Made by a program: the position numbers and the translations under genes. A stretch of 64,000 nt of DNA from Lama glama. Its lineage: Eukaryota. Positions 38,413-52,015 of this stretch are shown here, one piece after another. The notes beneath the pieces are model-generated. The model was not told the DNA's origin and did no database searches. It saw only the letters and a list, made by a program, of their open reading frames with translations. Position 1 is the stretch's first letter. Each line of letters opens with the position of its first letter. The stretch is taken from the NCBI GenBank assembly GCA_028534125.1, contig CM052817.1, forward strand, positions 73,782,001 through 73,846,000. Direction: 5' to 3'.

Positions 38413-39023
38413 ATTTCCTTTTAACTTTACTTGGTTAAAAAGTTATGGTCCATAAATGCCCTCTGAGTATCATGAGCTTCACTAATTTTTACCAGAAATT
38501 GTAGTAATGTTCCTGAGAAATATTTTGTAATGCATACTTAATAATAAAAGGATTTCTCATTTATCTCTCTTAATATAAATGGAAATGGCTTAACTGTTTT
38601 TCTGTAGTCAAATTACTCTATTTTTAATGGAAATGTACTCATTTTCATGCATCTCTGACATTTTTTAATGTTACCGATTTAACGTATTGTTATCGCCTTA
38701 CACCTTTTAGATACCATCTGAAATCTCAAAAACTGCTGGCTACCGACTCTTTCCCTTGAAAAGTTATAACATTTATGTATTTATTTTTTCTACATAGAAA
38801 TTCCATCAATTCTATTGTTTTATTTCTCTTTTGCAACAAATTTAGTCTCGTGGTCTATATATATAAATAAACATCTTAAAATTTTATTCCTCCTTATTTA
38901 AATATCAAATTTCGGGTCATCCTTTTTTGTTTGTTTTTAGAGCTCTACCACCTATAGGATGCAACTGAAATCCCTTCCCTATAGCATCCTTCTGTGTGGA
39001 CAGGAAACACTACATAGCTTTAT

Positions 39024-39181
39024 AGAGTGGTGCTACCCAAAGGTTATTATGCATAAAAATCACCTGGGGATCCTCTTGAAATGCAGATTATAACTCAGTA
39101 AGTCTGGGGTGGGGCATTTCTAACAAACTCACAGGAGATGCCAGTGCTTCTGATTCTGGGATTACGCTTTGAGCATCAAGG
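39024..39181. mobile_element. MER5-like hAT MITE
   Basis: TGCATAAAAATCACCTGGGGATC..GAAATGCAGATT..CTCAGTAAGTCTGGGGTGGGGC..ATTTCTAACAAACTC.CAGGAGATGCC..ACGCTTTGAG. Confidence 0.7.
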
Positions 39182-39210
39182 AATTAAGGTTTTTACTTTT
39201 CACATGTTCT

Positions 39211-39349
39211 TCTTCTTCTTTTTTTTTTTTTTTACTTTTGTAGGAGGAGGTAATTAGGTTTGTTTATTTAATGGAGGTACTGAGGATTGAACCTGGGGCC
39301 TCGTTCGTGCTAAGCATGTACTTTACCACTGAGCTATACCCTCCCCCCT
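39211..39349 (-). mobile_element. Vic-1-like SINE
   Basis: Antisense tRNA-Ala head (..CCACTGAGCTATACCCTCCCC), GGAGGTAATTAGGTTT tail, poly-T; TSD ACATGTTCT at 39202-39210 and 39350-39358. Confidence 0.9.
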
Positions 39350-41340
39350 ACATGTTCTATTTTAAGTTATACTTTCACCACGAGTTTTCATTGTCATTTT
39401 TCCCTTTAATGTTTCCCTGGAACTCCTTGAAGTAGTTAACATTTGTACAGTGGTTTATAATTTACTAAGCATTTTAGCACAAATCATCTTACTGCACATG
39501 GAGAACAGCCCTGTATTGTAGGGTGGCTCAGGGTCCTAACATTATGGATTTTGCTGGCCTGTCTGAGGTCACAGAGTTTGAAAGACTAAGAAAGAGTGTT
39601 CCTCCTCTAGTTCTGTATCTTCTAGCTCTTCTCTGCTGATGTCAGTATCGCCCATTGCAGATGTAAAGAGAGCTCTTCTCCCTCCCATCCAAACCAAGTA
39701 TTGGAACTGGATGCTAGCTGGTCACCTTCCCTACCTGAGCTGACCACTATGGCCAGAATATATTGTCAGGCCCGGGCTTCATAGCCATTGTGTTGCCCAT
39801 TCATGGCAGGGGCGGGGGTGGTGGTGAGATGATTGGCAGCTTCTCTAGAGCCACATAGAGTGTGGGATGTCCACTTCCCCTTCCCCTTGTTCCCAGAGAA
39901 AGGGTGACGGGAGTATTGGGCAGAAAAAGAAACACCTGTCCACTCTGTTTGACCTTGTGGTTTCCAGCACACATATCTACCTGCATGCCTTTTTGAAAAC
40001 TCCTTCTCTTAACCTAATACTATTGCTCTACAATTGCCTCTCTTCCAAAGGGGAGATAGTAAAAATTATACCCAGTTACTACACTGATCTCCAAGGTCAA
40101 GATCTCTGAGGAGTCTGTATTCTTCTCTATCGGGCTTAGGAATAATACCTCCTGGTTATATAATCGTGAGGCTGAGTCATATTTTTGCCCACTACCAATG
40201 TATAATGAAAGAAAAGTCATATCATCATAGTAATAATAAATAAATAAATAAACGAAACAAACAAACAAGTAAATCTCTTATTTTTAAAGTGCAAGCGACA
40301 TTCTCTATTCAACAGTCAAGAGCATAAGATATATTTGCTGGACAGACTGGAGAGCAGGGGCTGGCGTGGCCTGAGTCCGCGGGTCGGTCAGTGCGCTTGC
40401 CTCCAGGCCCTGCTCTCAGGAAGGGCCTTTCGCATCCAGGGTCCTCCATGGACATAACCGAGAGGGCCACTGGGGCCTGCCCTTCTGGGAGCTCTCTTGC
40501 TTCAGGTACCCATGTTCTGTTGGCACAATACGGGGCTCTGGCATTTGCTTTAGGGATGGCGCAATCACAGGGCCCCCAGGCTTAAACTTACTTGAAACTT
40601 AACTCACCTAAAACTTTCATTAGCTGCCAGTGGATCTGGTTCCTGGGAATCCTGTTAGCTAGTAACTAATAGCAGAAATCTTACCAAGCATTTGAATCTT
40701 GTTCCAGCCGTTGCTATTTCTGTCTTTTGGTAAGAGGAGTTGAGGCTCAGCAAGTCTCCCTAATTTTGAAAACTAGTAGTGGTGGTAGGACAGTGCACAT
40801 CTCTCCCTGGACAAGGATGTGTCCCAGTCAGCGATGCTTCATGATGAGGGAATTATTGCCCCTTGTATTTGGAAGAGACCTAGGGGTTCGAGCTGCACAC
40901 ATTATTTTCTTTAGCTCTTCCCATGAACATTATCTTCTGTGCTTTCCCAGTTCTTTGCCTTGGATTGAATTAGGTTTAGCTTGGGGCTGCAAATTCAACT
41001 TTTCCAGCTCAACAGGGAAACAAGTACCCAAATCTTCAAAGATCTCATAATCTCTGATTACAGGTGGAAAGACTTACCAAATGTGTATGTTCTTCCCTTT
41101 TACACTTTCAAATAGGACTGAACCAAAAGTTGAAGAAAATGGGCAAGACAGCTTATTTTTTAACTTTTGTTTTTCAAAATAAGTACCTTAATGCTCTGTG
41201 GTCTAAGAACCAAGAGACACTAGTTGATAATTTAACCAGTTACTTGGCCATCACCAGTCAAGGATTACCACTTCTCAGCTATGGGTTAAAGGGTCACCAG
41301 TGCCCCAACTCTCCCTCTTGCTCATTGAAAACACATTTTA

Positions 41341-41913
41341 TTTTTTTTAATTTATTTTTTATTAAAGTATAGTTGATTTACAATGTTGTGTTAGTTTCTG
41401 GTGTACAGCATAGTGATTCAGTTATACATACATATTTTCTTTTTCATATTGTTTTTCATTGTAGGTTATTACAAGATACTGAATGTAGTTCCCTGTGCTA
41501 TACAGTATCTACTAACCCCAAACTCCTAATTTATCCCTTCTCCCCTCTTTCCCTTTTGGTAACCATAAATTTGTTTTCTCTGACTGTGAGTCTGTTTCTG
41601 TTTTGTAAATAAGTTCATTTGAATCATTTTTTAGATTCCACATATAAGGGACATGATATTTGCCTTTCACTGTGTGGCTTACTTAACATTTAGTAACTTA
41701 GTAACTAACAGTGTTAATTTCTAGGTCCATCAATGTTGCTGCAAACGGCATTGTTTAATTCTTTTTTATGGCTGATTAGTATTCCCTTGTATATATACCA
41801 GAACTTCTTTATCTAGTCATCTGTCTGTGGACACTTAGGTTACTTCCATGTCTTGGCTATTGTAAATAGTGCTGCTGTGAACATTGGGGTGCATGTATCT
41901 TTTCAAATTAGAG
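41341..41913 (-). mobile_element. 5'-truncated L1 3' end with TSD
   Basis: Antisense L1 3' UTR/ORF2 end (..TTCCATGTCTTGGCTATTGTAAATAGTGCTGCTGTGAACATTGGGGTGCATGTATCTTTTC); TSD TTGAAAACACATYTTA (15/16) at 41325-41340 and 41914-41929. Confidence 0.9.
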
Positions 41914-43559
41914 TTGAAAACACATCTTAGAGTGTGTCACTTGCAATACCAACCTCAATCAAATTCAGCTGGGCAGAAGTCCAAGAAGGGAAACCCAAAA
42001 ACAACAGATGTTCATGATAGCTATTCTCAAGTTCTTTGGTCTTTTGATGGTTATTGTTTGTTTTACTATCCATTTATTTTTGTAACTGTTAATTCTCTCC
42101 ATTCCTCTCTTTTCTCCTGTATATTTCAGAGAAAGTTGTATCTTATAAAGTGTCATCAGTCTCCTTGCCTATTGAGAGTACCCTTGTCCTGTTAGTTTTC
42201 TTTGTCACTAATATATTGGATGTATAGACAAAGATGTGTCTTTAGAATCCAATGCCTGAATTCAAGTCCTGTTTGAATACCTGAGTGACTTTGGACAATC
42301 CTGGAGAACTCATTTAATTCCTCTTAATTTCCTTTCTCTAAAAAACGGTTGAATAATATATTTTATATCTTCCTTTCAGGTCCATTATAAGGATAGGTTC
42401 TGTTATAAGGAAGTTTATAAAGTGCAAATGTTTCTAAAATTCCAGTTCTGTTACTAAAATAATTACATTGTTACTATATTATTACTATTATTATCTAGTT
42501 CTTACCTCCCTGAAATGCATACAGTGCTATTTCATCTCTTCCTGTAGCTCCGTCTGAAGACTCTTTTCCTTATAATTTTAAGATGCTGGATTTATTTGAA
42601 CAGCTCTTCCTTACCCTATTCTGTCTTCTGCATTCATTCTTAGCCCTGGGCACTGACCTAGCTTTTCCTTCCTCACCTTTGTTATGACAGCCCCCTGGGC
42701 AGATTATAAAGATATACCTCTTTTCATCACTAAGGTTACAGACAATTTTCTGTTTACAAGAGGATGGTTTGGCCTGGTTTTCTTAACACTGAAAACATTT
42801 TCCTGACCACACACTAGGGTTGGGTGGTTTCTCAAGCCTCCTCAAGCATGTCCTCCCTGCCCCTTATACCAGCTGTCTCCTCCCCCTGTTTTTAAATGAA
42901 AAGAATTTGGCAAAGACTCCACACTGTTTGCTTCTTGCTGGACTCCCATTTCATCTTTGAAGTCCTGGACGCAAGTCCCAGACTTGTCTGCAACATTTCC
43001 TGGAATAACATCTTTTTAAATCAAATTACAATATCTTCTTTATCCACAGTCTGTCCCTGAAGGAAATACTAGCAATTTCCACCACTGGATAGCTGAGTGC
43101 AGTAAGAATGAAGTCTTCCCAGCATCCTTGATTCTTTTTCTCTTGATACAGTTCCCAGAGTAAATACTGTCTCTTAGTGAAAGCTTCTGGATGAGAATCT
43201 AGGTCTTAGGACTTCTGGACTAGACTTCTTTCTTATTCAGCACCATGGGCTAGTTTATATTTAAACATAAGTGAGAACTGAAGCCTTAATGAGCTGAGAG
43301 ACATTTTGGTATGCCTAGGAAACAATGAGCAAGTTCATGGAAGTGCATACTCTTAAAAAATCTAAGGAAGATTTTGTGACCAAGCAGGTCATTCTACAAC
43401 AAGAGATAAAATTAATTGTGTTTGGAGCAGCAATGATTTCCTTTTGGGTAGGGTTTCCCAGAGATTCTAAGAGGACATGGTGAAATGTCTGAGTGAGATG
43501 TCTTACCAGTGAAGTTTGGTCTGTCCTGGCACTAACTTCTCACTTGACTTGAGTTGTAG

Positions 43560-43757
43560 GAGGAACAGACGCCTTTGCATATCGCCTCCCGCCTGGGTAA
43601 GACAGAAATCGTTCAGCTGCTTCTACAGCATATGGCTCATCCAGATGCGGCCACTACAAATGGGTACACGCCACTGCACATCTCCGCCAGGGAGGGCCAG
43701 GTGGACGTGGCATCTGTCCTCCTGGAAGCAGGAGCAGCCCACTCCTTAGCTACGAAG
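43560..43757 (+). CDS. ANK2: ANK2 exon 15 (198 nt): [66 protein letters not shown]
   Basis: gttgtag| acceptor with ACTAAC branch point at 43531-43536, |gtaaga donor. Confidence 0.97.
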
Positions 43758-44895
43758 GTAAGAAGAATGGCTTCACACTGACATGGACCAGGAGGAATCC
43801 TAGGTCAGGGTCCTCCTTCTCTATTACACAGAGATCAAGAAGGGTAGAGCCCCTTGAAGCCTCTGACTTACTTCCTTTTCTTTGAATTTTTTAGATTCAT
43901 TTTCTAAATGACAAAGGGGATTGTGAGATTGCATACAACATCTTCAGTAATGAGTGCTGAGTTCTATTCTTCTAACTAATGCCAGTGTTGTTTCTAGGGC
44001 AACTATCTAGTATTTTAACTAAGGTGATTTCCAAAAAGCAAGGGCTACTTTCTCTTGACTTTCCATTATAAAATCCGCAATATATTCCCAAGAGGGAAAA
44101 GTAAGATCCCCCAATACATTGAGCTGGTATTACTAATGAGGAAGAGAAAATTGCATTAGATTGGCAAGACTGTATTTGTTTTAAGAGTTTTAGTACCACC
44201 TAGAAGTTCGCTTTACTTAATCTTTGATTTTCCCAACCCTGGTATCAGCGGTCACACCCTTTCTGCTCTCTAAACTTTACCAGCTACACAGCATCTAAAC
44301 GACTATGCTGGAGAATCACACTTTATTAGTTGTTTTGTCATCTAATAAAAAATATACGAAGAACATACATCTAACGAAGAACTTTACTTATTTTCAAAGT
44401 TTCATGTGAGGGCAGAGTAATTTTCCCTCCACTTGACACATTCTATTTGTGATCCACTATTTGTATGTGACTTAGAATAAAACATGAGCACATCTACTTA
44501 GAGCACAAGAAATTGGACTAGTGCAGAAGAGCAGGAGGGTGAGACCCATTACAGTCGACAGCAAGCGAATTGTTCTCAGGACAAAATAATTCCCACAAAT
44601 ACAGCCGTGATTCAGATGATTAAAGAAACACTTTCAATTTTCTCATAATAAATAGGCATTAATACAGCATCTGAGGGAGAAGGAAGTTTGCAGGTGTAAA
44701 CTGAAGGATGGCAATGACATCTGTCCTAGTGGTGGGAGCAGTCTGCTAACCGTTATGACTTACCTAGTTGCCTGCGGCTGTAAAATATGTTTTGGTGTAA
44801 GAAATTGGTAATTATTCAAATGCTGAAATCTGAAGGGCTGAAAGGATTTTGTAAGTCTCTCTTAAAAAAAAATCAGAAGCTGAACGACAAAAATA

Positions 44896-45142
44896 TAGGT
44901 GATCCTTAAACAACAATGAGGGTGTTAGGGGCTCCAACCCTTCACGCAGTTGAAAATTCTCTTATAACTTATAGTCGGCCCTCATAGCCACACTTCCCTG
45001 GGTTCCTCCATTTCCGTGGCTCCACATCCTTGGGTTCAATCACTTACAGACTGTGAAGTACTGTAGTATTTATAGTGGAAACAAAAATCCACATATAAGT
45101 GAACCTCCACAGTTCGAACCCGGTTTATTCCAGGGTCAGCTG
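44896..45142. mobile_element. Tigger2-derived MITE (Tigger2a_Art-like)
   Basis: Degenerate TIRs TAGGTGATCCTTAAACAAC / TTTATTCCAGGGTCAGCTG with TA on both sides; internal GTTAGGGGC..GCAGTTGAAAATTC..TATAACTTATAGTCGGCCCTC..GTACTGTAGTATTTA. Confidence 0.8.
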
Positions 45143-45824
45143 TATAATAGCAATACCAATAATAGTAATAATTACCGAAGAGAGACCGAGTGATTGTCTC
45201 ACCTGATGAAGGTGATAAATGAAATTCAGATAAGTCAAATACAGAAATAGAATAAAACATAGTCCCTGGCCTTCTAGAGATTTTTAGAATTTAAACTATA
45301 TCTAAAGCAATAGTAAATTAGGACAGAGAAATGGAAGAAACTATTAAACAAAGCAGCTCAACAGTGGAACAGACTGGGGTTCTGAAGAGGAGTTGGCTCA
45401 TCATCGTTAAAGCTGTTAAAGAGTTTATAAATATCAGAGGGTAAATGAAATCCTGATGAGATTAGCATAGGGGAGGAAGGAAGATGTGACTCAAGCGATG
45501 CTTTCCAACCTCTATTTTGTGATTCTACAGTAAAGAGTCTGTGTAGTTTCATCTAATAATAGTTTCTAAATTTACAAAGGGGCTGGATCACTATTCCAGC
45601 AGGACATTAAGGGTAAGGAGTTTATTTTTAATTCCTTACCATGTGGTTTGTCTCAAAGAACTCTACCTCATCCTAGGTGTCACCCCAGTCATTATGTGCA
45701 TTGATTGGAGGGAGGAGAGCATTAACAACAAATGTTGGCTTAAATGGACTTCCAGTTCTTGTTCTACACTTGGGAAAAGCAGATTTACTCCCCTCCAAGG
45801 TCTTATTAGTACCTAATGTTAAGT

Positions 45825-45895
45825 AAGAAAGAGAGAGAGAGAGAGGGAGGGAGAGAGGGAGGGAAGAAGGAAGGTAGGAAGGAAAAAAAGGAAGA
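45825..45895. repeat. Polypurine low-complexity tract (GA/GGA/GGAA)
   Basis: Direct reading. Confidence 0.85.
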
Positions 45896-46997
45896 CATCT
45901 TAGCTAAAAATAATTTTGTGTAGTGACACTGTGAAGAAGCAATATTGCTTCTTGAGGGCTATTCTGGATTCTGATGAGGGATTCAATTGTCTGGAATATA
46001 AGCATATCTTAGACTACTTAACCCAGGCATATTTGCTGTGTGTGTTTTGCAGACCCTGATCAGCTTGAGACTCCCACCCCAACTGTAGGGCCAGAAAGGC
46101 ATGTGGTTAGACTGTCTGGCCAAGAGGATGGATCTGAGATCATGGTGTAGGAACCATGCCATCCTTGAGATCTGAGTCCAGGGACTTGGCTGTATATGTA
46201 ACACACTGCTCATAACAGTGACATCAGTTAGGCACACAACACACTGAATCTGTATGTATAAACTTGTGTAGGAGATCAGTCTTTAAAAAAGCTTTAAAGC
46301 TGTGTCTTTAAAATAGTCTGGTGTTAATCAGCTCAATGTCATGCCAGAACTAGAATGTATTTTACAAGAGGAATGGTATTATATACAGTGTGGATCTTCT
46401 GGGAAAAGTGGTAACAGTCAAGATGAGTCTGCTTTTTAATGATGAACACTTTTTGTTCTGCTGACCATTTATCTTGCAATTTCTGTAGAAAATGCAGATC
46501 AGCTTAATTACAAAGAATTGATTTTTCTTCTCATGGCTGCTGAAATTCTCTAAACCTTAAAGAAATTTGGAATTCAAGTATTATTAAAAATAAAAAAAAT
46601 AGAAAAAAGAGAAGAATTGGACAGAAGTCAGATATTGTCACAATCCTATTATTTTTAGAGGCAAGAAAAAGGTTTTTTTTTTTTTTACTCATAAATCAGA
46701 GCCATTTTACTCACACTGGTGGCTTTTATAAATTCCACAAACCTATGAAGTCAAATTTCAGTCTCCAAAGCCCTCAAAATAAAACTTCTTTTGCTCAGTC
46801 GATCAAGCCAAACTCTTGCATGTTACATTTTATTCTTTATCCTACTCCTTTTTTATGGATAACAGATTTAATGCTTCCAACGTTTTTCCCAACTGGGAAT
46901 CAACATAGTTTGCTTAATATGTGAACAAATAAAAAAGATTTTGTTTGGAGTCACAAGGATAAATACTGCATTTTACTTTTGTTCTTCACGTTTGCAG

Positions 46998-47096
46998 AAG
47001 GGTTTTACACCCCTGCATGTAGCAGCCAAGTACGGAAGCCTGGATGTAGCAAAACTTCTCTTGCAACGCCGTGCTGCCGCAGATTCTGCAGGGAAG
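46998..47096 (+). CDS. ANK2: ANK2 exon 16 (99 nt): [33 protein letters not shown]
   Basis: tttgcag| acceptor, |gtaaaa donor. Confidence 0.97.
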
Positions 47097-47619
47097 GTAA
47101 AAGTTTTCAGTAATATGTTTGTTGTATAACTTGGTCAAGTTGGGAGCTTGGGAGATCTGTTTCAAGATATTTTTCTCACTCTTGTGAAAGGAATTTGAAT
47201 ATAACTGATTAAACAGCTTTGAGATAATGGAGGTGTCTGTCCGTGACCTGTCCACGTACTGATTCAGAAGGTGTTTAAAGCTGCCCCTCAAATGTGTGTT
47301 CTTGTCACAGCAGGGCCCGGAACTTCTCTGTATGAAGAAGAATCCCTGCAGTGTTACTGTAGTAATTGTTACATAGCATTTAGACTTTTATTTATGGTGG
47401 AATCAAGATGCCCTGTGCTGATTGTATGCTCATCGGATCATTTACAGTTTTAGTTAACGTTTCTAATATGAAATTCATTAGGTATCTATTTTGATTTTTT
47501 CCTATTGACTATATTAATTAATTAACACGGACTTAATATCAGTTTCCAAGTATCCTGGCAGCTTCAGGGCGACTAATGCTAATTGATTAATGCTGAAACT
47601 TAAAACACACCCTTTACAG

Positions 47620-47718
47620 AATGGCCTTACCCCGCTCCATGTTGCTGCTCATTATGACAACCAGAAGGTGGCGCTGCTGTTACTGGAAAAGGGTGCTTCC
47701 CCTCATGCCACTGCCAAG
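47620..47718 (+). CDS. ANK2: ANK2 exon 17 (99 nt): [33 protein letters not shown]
   Basis: ccctttacag| acceptor, |gtgagg donor. Confidence 0.97.
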
Positions 47719-48564
47719 GTGAGGACCATAGAGAGAATTTATAGACAAGAGTGTGACTACTCCGACAGACTGTGGGAATTGTGTGTGTGTTTTTTTAAAC
47801 GCTTGGTATTGATATACCTGCAACTAACTAGTTCTGGTAATAGTAGCTTTTGGTGGGGTTTTTTTTTGTTGTTGTTTTGTTTTTTTGTCACTTCTACCTG
47901 TTTCTTCCACAAAGCCTGTAAGATTTTTTAAGTCAGCCAATATTACAGGGATGTATCGAGGAACCAGTAAAGATGACACTTCAGATTTTGATTGCCAACA
48001 CTCTGCTTTAGAGACAGCAGTATGAATTTTGAGAAGTGAAACATAAGAAAGGCAGTTCAGGTTTTTCCTCCTCCTGTATAAAAAGAATGTTATGATACAC
48101 TTACCCTTTTATTCATTCCTTCCTTCAGACCTCAGATTTTTCATTGTGCTATTTGAAAGACTCTGTTTCTTTGTTCTTTAATTGTTTCATTTGTGTGGGC
48201 TATAGCCTACATCCTTTTAAGTTCCTAGGCTAGGAATGTATTTTGGGGTTATATGTAGCACCAACTCATAAAACAGCTCCGAGACTTGAACCCTTGGACA
48301 GGGTGTTTCCCACCATTTGAGTTGCCCCTTTATTATGCTGAAAATATACATGAATGTCATATAACATATAAAGTGATTGTTACATCTTTTGTTTATTCAT
48401 TCAACAAACATATTGAGAACATGTCAGAGTTTATTTAAAAAGAAAAAAATATTTATTGTGATGGGAAAATATTCATGCTGTATTAGATGACATAATAAAA
48501 CAACTATTACCAATTATATGCCAAAAACTGCACCTAGTGCTGTAGTATATGCATATCTCACTTA

Positions 48565-48710
48565 ATCTCATGTTTTACAGATACAAAAATGAGATTTAAA
48601 TAGGTTAATTTGTAAGTCCAAAGTCACATGACTAATAATTGATAGAGCTTGAACTGACCTCAGACAATCTGACTTTAGAGCCAGCACTCTGAACACTAGG
48701 TCTACGGTGT
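48565..48710 (-). mobile_element. MIR SINE, degenerate
   Basis: TTTTACAGAT..AAAATGAGA..AGGTTAA..GTCCAAAGTCACATGACTAATAA..GATAGAGC..TCTGACTTTAGAGCC antisense MIR core. Confidence 0.7.
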
Positions 48711-48948
48711 TCCAAAGCAGTAGAGAAAGAATTATTTTTACTTCTACTGTATAAATATTTACATATATATTCACATGTCTATTTAAATTATACACACTCT
48801 ACATATATAATAAAATGAAATGGTCTATGTAAAAGTGAATTCTGTATATACCAAGTGTTGTGTATATAAATAAGTTATATATAACAATTATATATAGAAC
48901 TTTGTACCCATAACTACAGATACACTTATGTATCTATATCTACATAAA

Positions 48949-48980
48949 TAGATAGATAGATAGATAGATACATAGATACA
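48949..48980. repeat. (TAGA)n microsatellite
   Basis: Direct reading. Confidence 0.85.
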
Positions 48981-51103
48981 TTTTTTGTTGGTACAAATAT
49001 ACAGCTTACAATAAAATAATTACACTGTCAAAAGAGGAGGACAAATTTTATAATCACACGTATCATTCTTATTCCTTTATAACCCTTTCTCTATAATCAC
49101 ATCAATTCTGCATTTGTTTTATGTCTTTTTTCGCACTATATTATGAACTATTTGAGGACAGTAATCATGTCGTTTTCATTTGCATATCTTGGAGGTGTCT
49201 CATACAATTTTATGTGGGTTCTCAATACATCTGAATAAAAGAATGAAGACTGAGCAACTATTTCAACGGAATGAAAAATCTGCTCATTGAATATGCCAGG
49301 ATTTCTTTCATTAACTTTCCAGGCTGCCTATGTTGAACAAAGAGATGAAAGGCTTCATCAATACCCAACACAACACTTTATTTGAGCTCTTAATATGTAT
49401 AACAAAAGGATTGTAGTAAAATTAAAATGCATGTTCTCTCCCACAAGGGACTCTCAATCTACCAGGAAGAGAAGACCTAAATTATAAAATAATGTGTATG
49501 GTTTTTCTAAAGAGACAGATGTAGCCTTGATCTCTGGCCTCTATAGAGCATGGTCCTTACTTGTCAATGCACATGAACAGAGTCCAGATGGCTAGGTAAA
49601 GTACCCTCCACCCCACAGTCCACAGCAGGGTGGGGTCAGGAGGCTCCTCCAGTGTCTTCCACGCATCTGCCCCAGGCTGTCGGTAAGCATGAGTCCTTTA
49701 GCTCTGGGGCCACTCCAGGAAGCTTCCATTTGGTGGGACCTCACCCTTACCTACACTTTTGACTCTCTCTTCACTACAGTTTCCCACCCTACCCCCAACA
49801 CATACAGTCCCTTGGACCCCAGAACCTCTTTGCTTCTTTCTGCCAGAGTCCAGAATCTTTTCTTAGTCTCCATTGAGTTTGATGTTGTTGTTGTTGCTAT
49901 TTGGTTCCAAAACCTTTTGTTCCATGTGGAGTAAGATGATTTTTCAGACTTGCAGGTCAAGTACCTGCTGGACAGTTGGACCTCTTATCTTGCTAAAATT
50001 CTCACTCTCTTTGATCACCTTTTATGTTGTTTTGTTAAAACTCCCCTGTTCTCCTCTGCATATGTCTCTGACTTTACCTAACCTCGTTAAGTTTACTGAT
50101 ACTTTGCTTAACCTTGGTAAAGCCTGTGCTGCAGGAATGAGGTGAGTTAGGGCTGCAGAAAACTCACTTTAGCAGAAAAAAATGTTTAAACTTCTAGGGT
50201 CTACAAAAATCTATGTGCCCTTTTATTTGGTAGAATCTGTGGTCCCAGTGTGATGTTCTAGAGCACATGGAGCATCAAGGACCTATGATCAGACACTGAA
50301 AAGACTTCTAAGAGCTGCTGTCAAGTTTTCTGAGCAGCCTAAAGAAAAATATCATTCATCTGAACTGAAAGATGCTGACTTTGACTTAGAGAGATGAAGA
50401 CAGAATAGATAGATAATGGGACATTTGAGGATCAAGATTTCATGACAACACATAAGGACATTTACAGTCTCAAAACTGCTTTTTATTTTTGGTACACTTT
50501 GCAGTTAGACTTCAGGAAATAACAGAACCTAAAATTCTCCTTAGGGTCTCATGAGAAGCACTTGATCAATATGCTTGCTGTCTTTCCCCTCAGTATGTCA
50601 CAGTGAATGGCAAAGCCACTGTTTTCAATTTCTTTCACACATTTTTCATAGAAAAGTCTACAAGACGATAAAGAAAAGGAAAGGAAACAATATAGGTTAG
50701 ACTTAACACTTGCTCCAGAGTTTTGTTTGTTTGCTTTTTCTTGTAACTAAGTATGGGGTTTAAAGTTTGGGTCTTGTAAGCAAAATATGAGTTCCTCTGG
50801 TCCTCTCCACAAACTTGCACGTAAAGCCATTAGCTTCAGATTTCTGCTTTTGAGCCAGCAGTTTGTAGAGACAAGGGGGAGATGCAGGGTTTTAATTGAC
50901 CACACAATTCATATAAGCTAATTTTGTTGTTTCATTTCTTTTTCACTAGGATGCAACCCCTTAAAGACAGAGATCAGGTCTTGTCCACCTTGGTATCCCC
51001 ACCTAGCATACGTATGCTTAGTACTTACTAAATAGTGGTTGAATGAGTAAAAAGTACAATCCAACCAGAAGCATATTAGTAGGAGTGTTATAACAAGATC
51101 ATA

Positions 51104-51257
51104 GAGGAGGGAGGGTATAGCTCAGTGGTAGAGTGTGTGCTTAGCATGCACAAGGTCCTGGGTTCAATCCTCAGTACCTCCGTTAAAAAAAAAAAACAAA
51201 CCTAATTGCCTCCCCCATGAAAAACCAAACAAAAATAAATTAATTAATTTAAAAAAC
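51104..51257 (+). mobile_element. Vic-1-like SINE, full length
   Basis: GGGAGGGTATAGCTCAGTGGTAGAGTGTGTGCTTAGCATGCACAAGGTCCTGGGTTCAATCCTCAGTACCTCC, A-run, AAACCTAATTGCCTCCCCC, A-rich tail; TSD CAAGATCATA at 51094-51103 and 51258-51267. Confidence 0.92.
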
Positions 51258-51274
51258 CAAGATCATATAAATAA

Positions 51275-51545
51275 TTCCATTTTATTCTGTGCAACTAAAA
51301 CCATATCTGAAGTAGAGCATTCAGTTCTAGGCAGCACAATTCAAGAGCTATATTGACAAACTAGAATCAGTCTAGAACAGGTCGTCCTTAATGGAGAGAG
51401 GTCCAGAAATGGAGCTTCTGTCAGGAATAGTTGAAAGAATGGGAAATTTAGCCTGGAAAAGGGAAGACTAAAGGGATCTATGAAATCCATCTCCAGGTAT
51501 TTAAAGGACAGTCATGTAGAAAAGGAACCTGGCTTATTGCTTCTG
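51275..51545 (+). mobile_element. CR1/L3 LINE relic (ORF2 3' region)
   Basis: CATATCTGAAGTAGAGCATTCAGTTCTAGGCA..ATTGACAAACTAGAA..TTTAGCCTGGAAAAGGGAAGACTAAAGGG..GTATTTAAAGG.CAGTCATGTAGAA; a decayed HLEYCVQFW...DIDKLE...FSLEKRRLRGD...YLKG pattern. Confidence 0.75.
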
Positions 51546-51817
51546 AGGAGCAGCATTATGAGGGGGAGATTTTAAGCTTTGGGGCATTGTGTCTGTGTCT
51601 GTCTTCCAGGGAAGTAGCATGGGATGCCTTGTGACATGGGTTGCAAGGATTTGGGTGTTGTTGGACGGAAACTTATGATGGGCAAGAATTTGAATTTACT
51701 ATAAACTCACTTTGAATGTTCCTACTGATTAGAGACTCTTATTTCCTTCAGACATTTATCAGGGCAATTGTTAAACTTCCAATATATGTATGTGATATTA
51801 TTATTATTATTTTTTAG

Positions 51818-52015
51818 AATGGCTATACTCCTTTACATATTGCTGCCAAGAAGAATCAAATGCAGATAGCTTCCACACTCCTGAACTATGGCGCAGAGAC
51901 GAACATTGTGACAAAACAAGGAGTCACTCCACTGCATCTAGCCTCACAAGAGGGGCACACAGATATGGTCACCTTGCTTCTGGACAAGGGAGCCAATATC
52001 CACATGTCAACCAAG
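51818..52015 (+). CDS. ANK2: ANK2 exon 18 (198 nt): [66 protein letters not shown]
   Basis: ttttttag| acceptor, |gtattc donor. Confidence 0.97.

Noticed and set aside
40320..40600. Mildly GC-rich patch with a few CpGs
   Set aside because: Too short and CpG-poor for an island; possibly an old DNA transposon remnant that I cannot assign.
51111..51182. tRNA-Ala(AGC)-like sequence (also at 32960, 39211 and 59627)
   Set aside because: Each is followed by a SINE-type A-rich tail and three have TSDs; stems carry CpG-decay mismatches. These are SINE heads, not tRNA genes.
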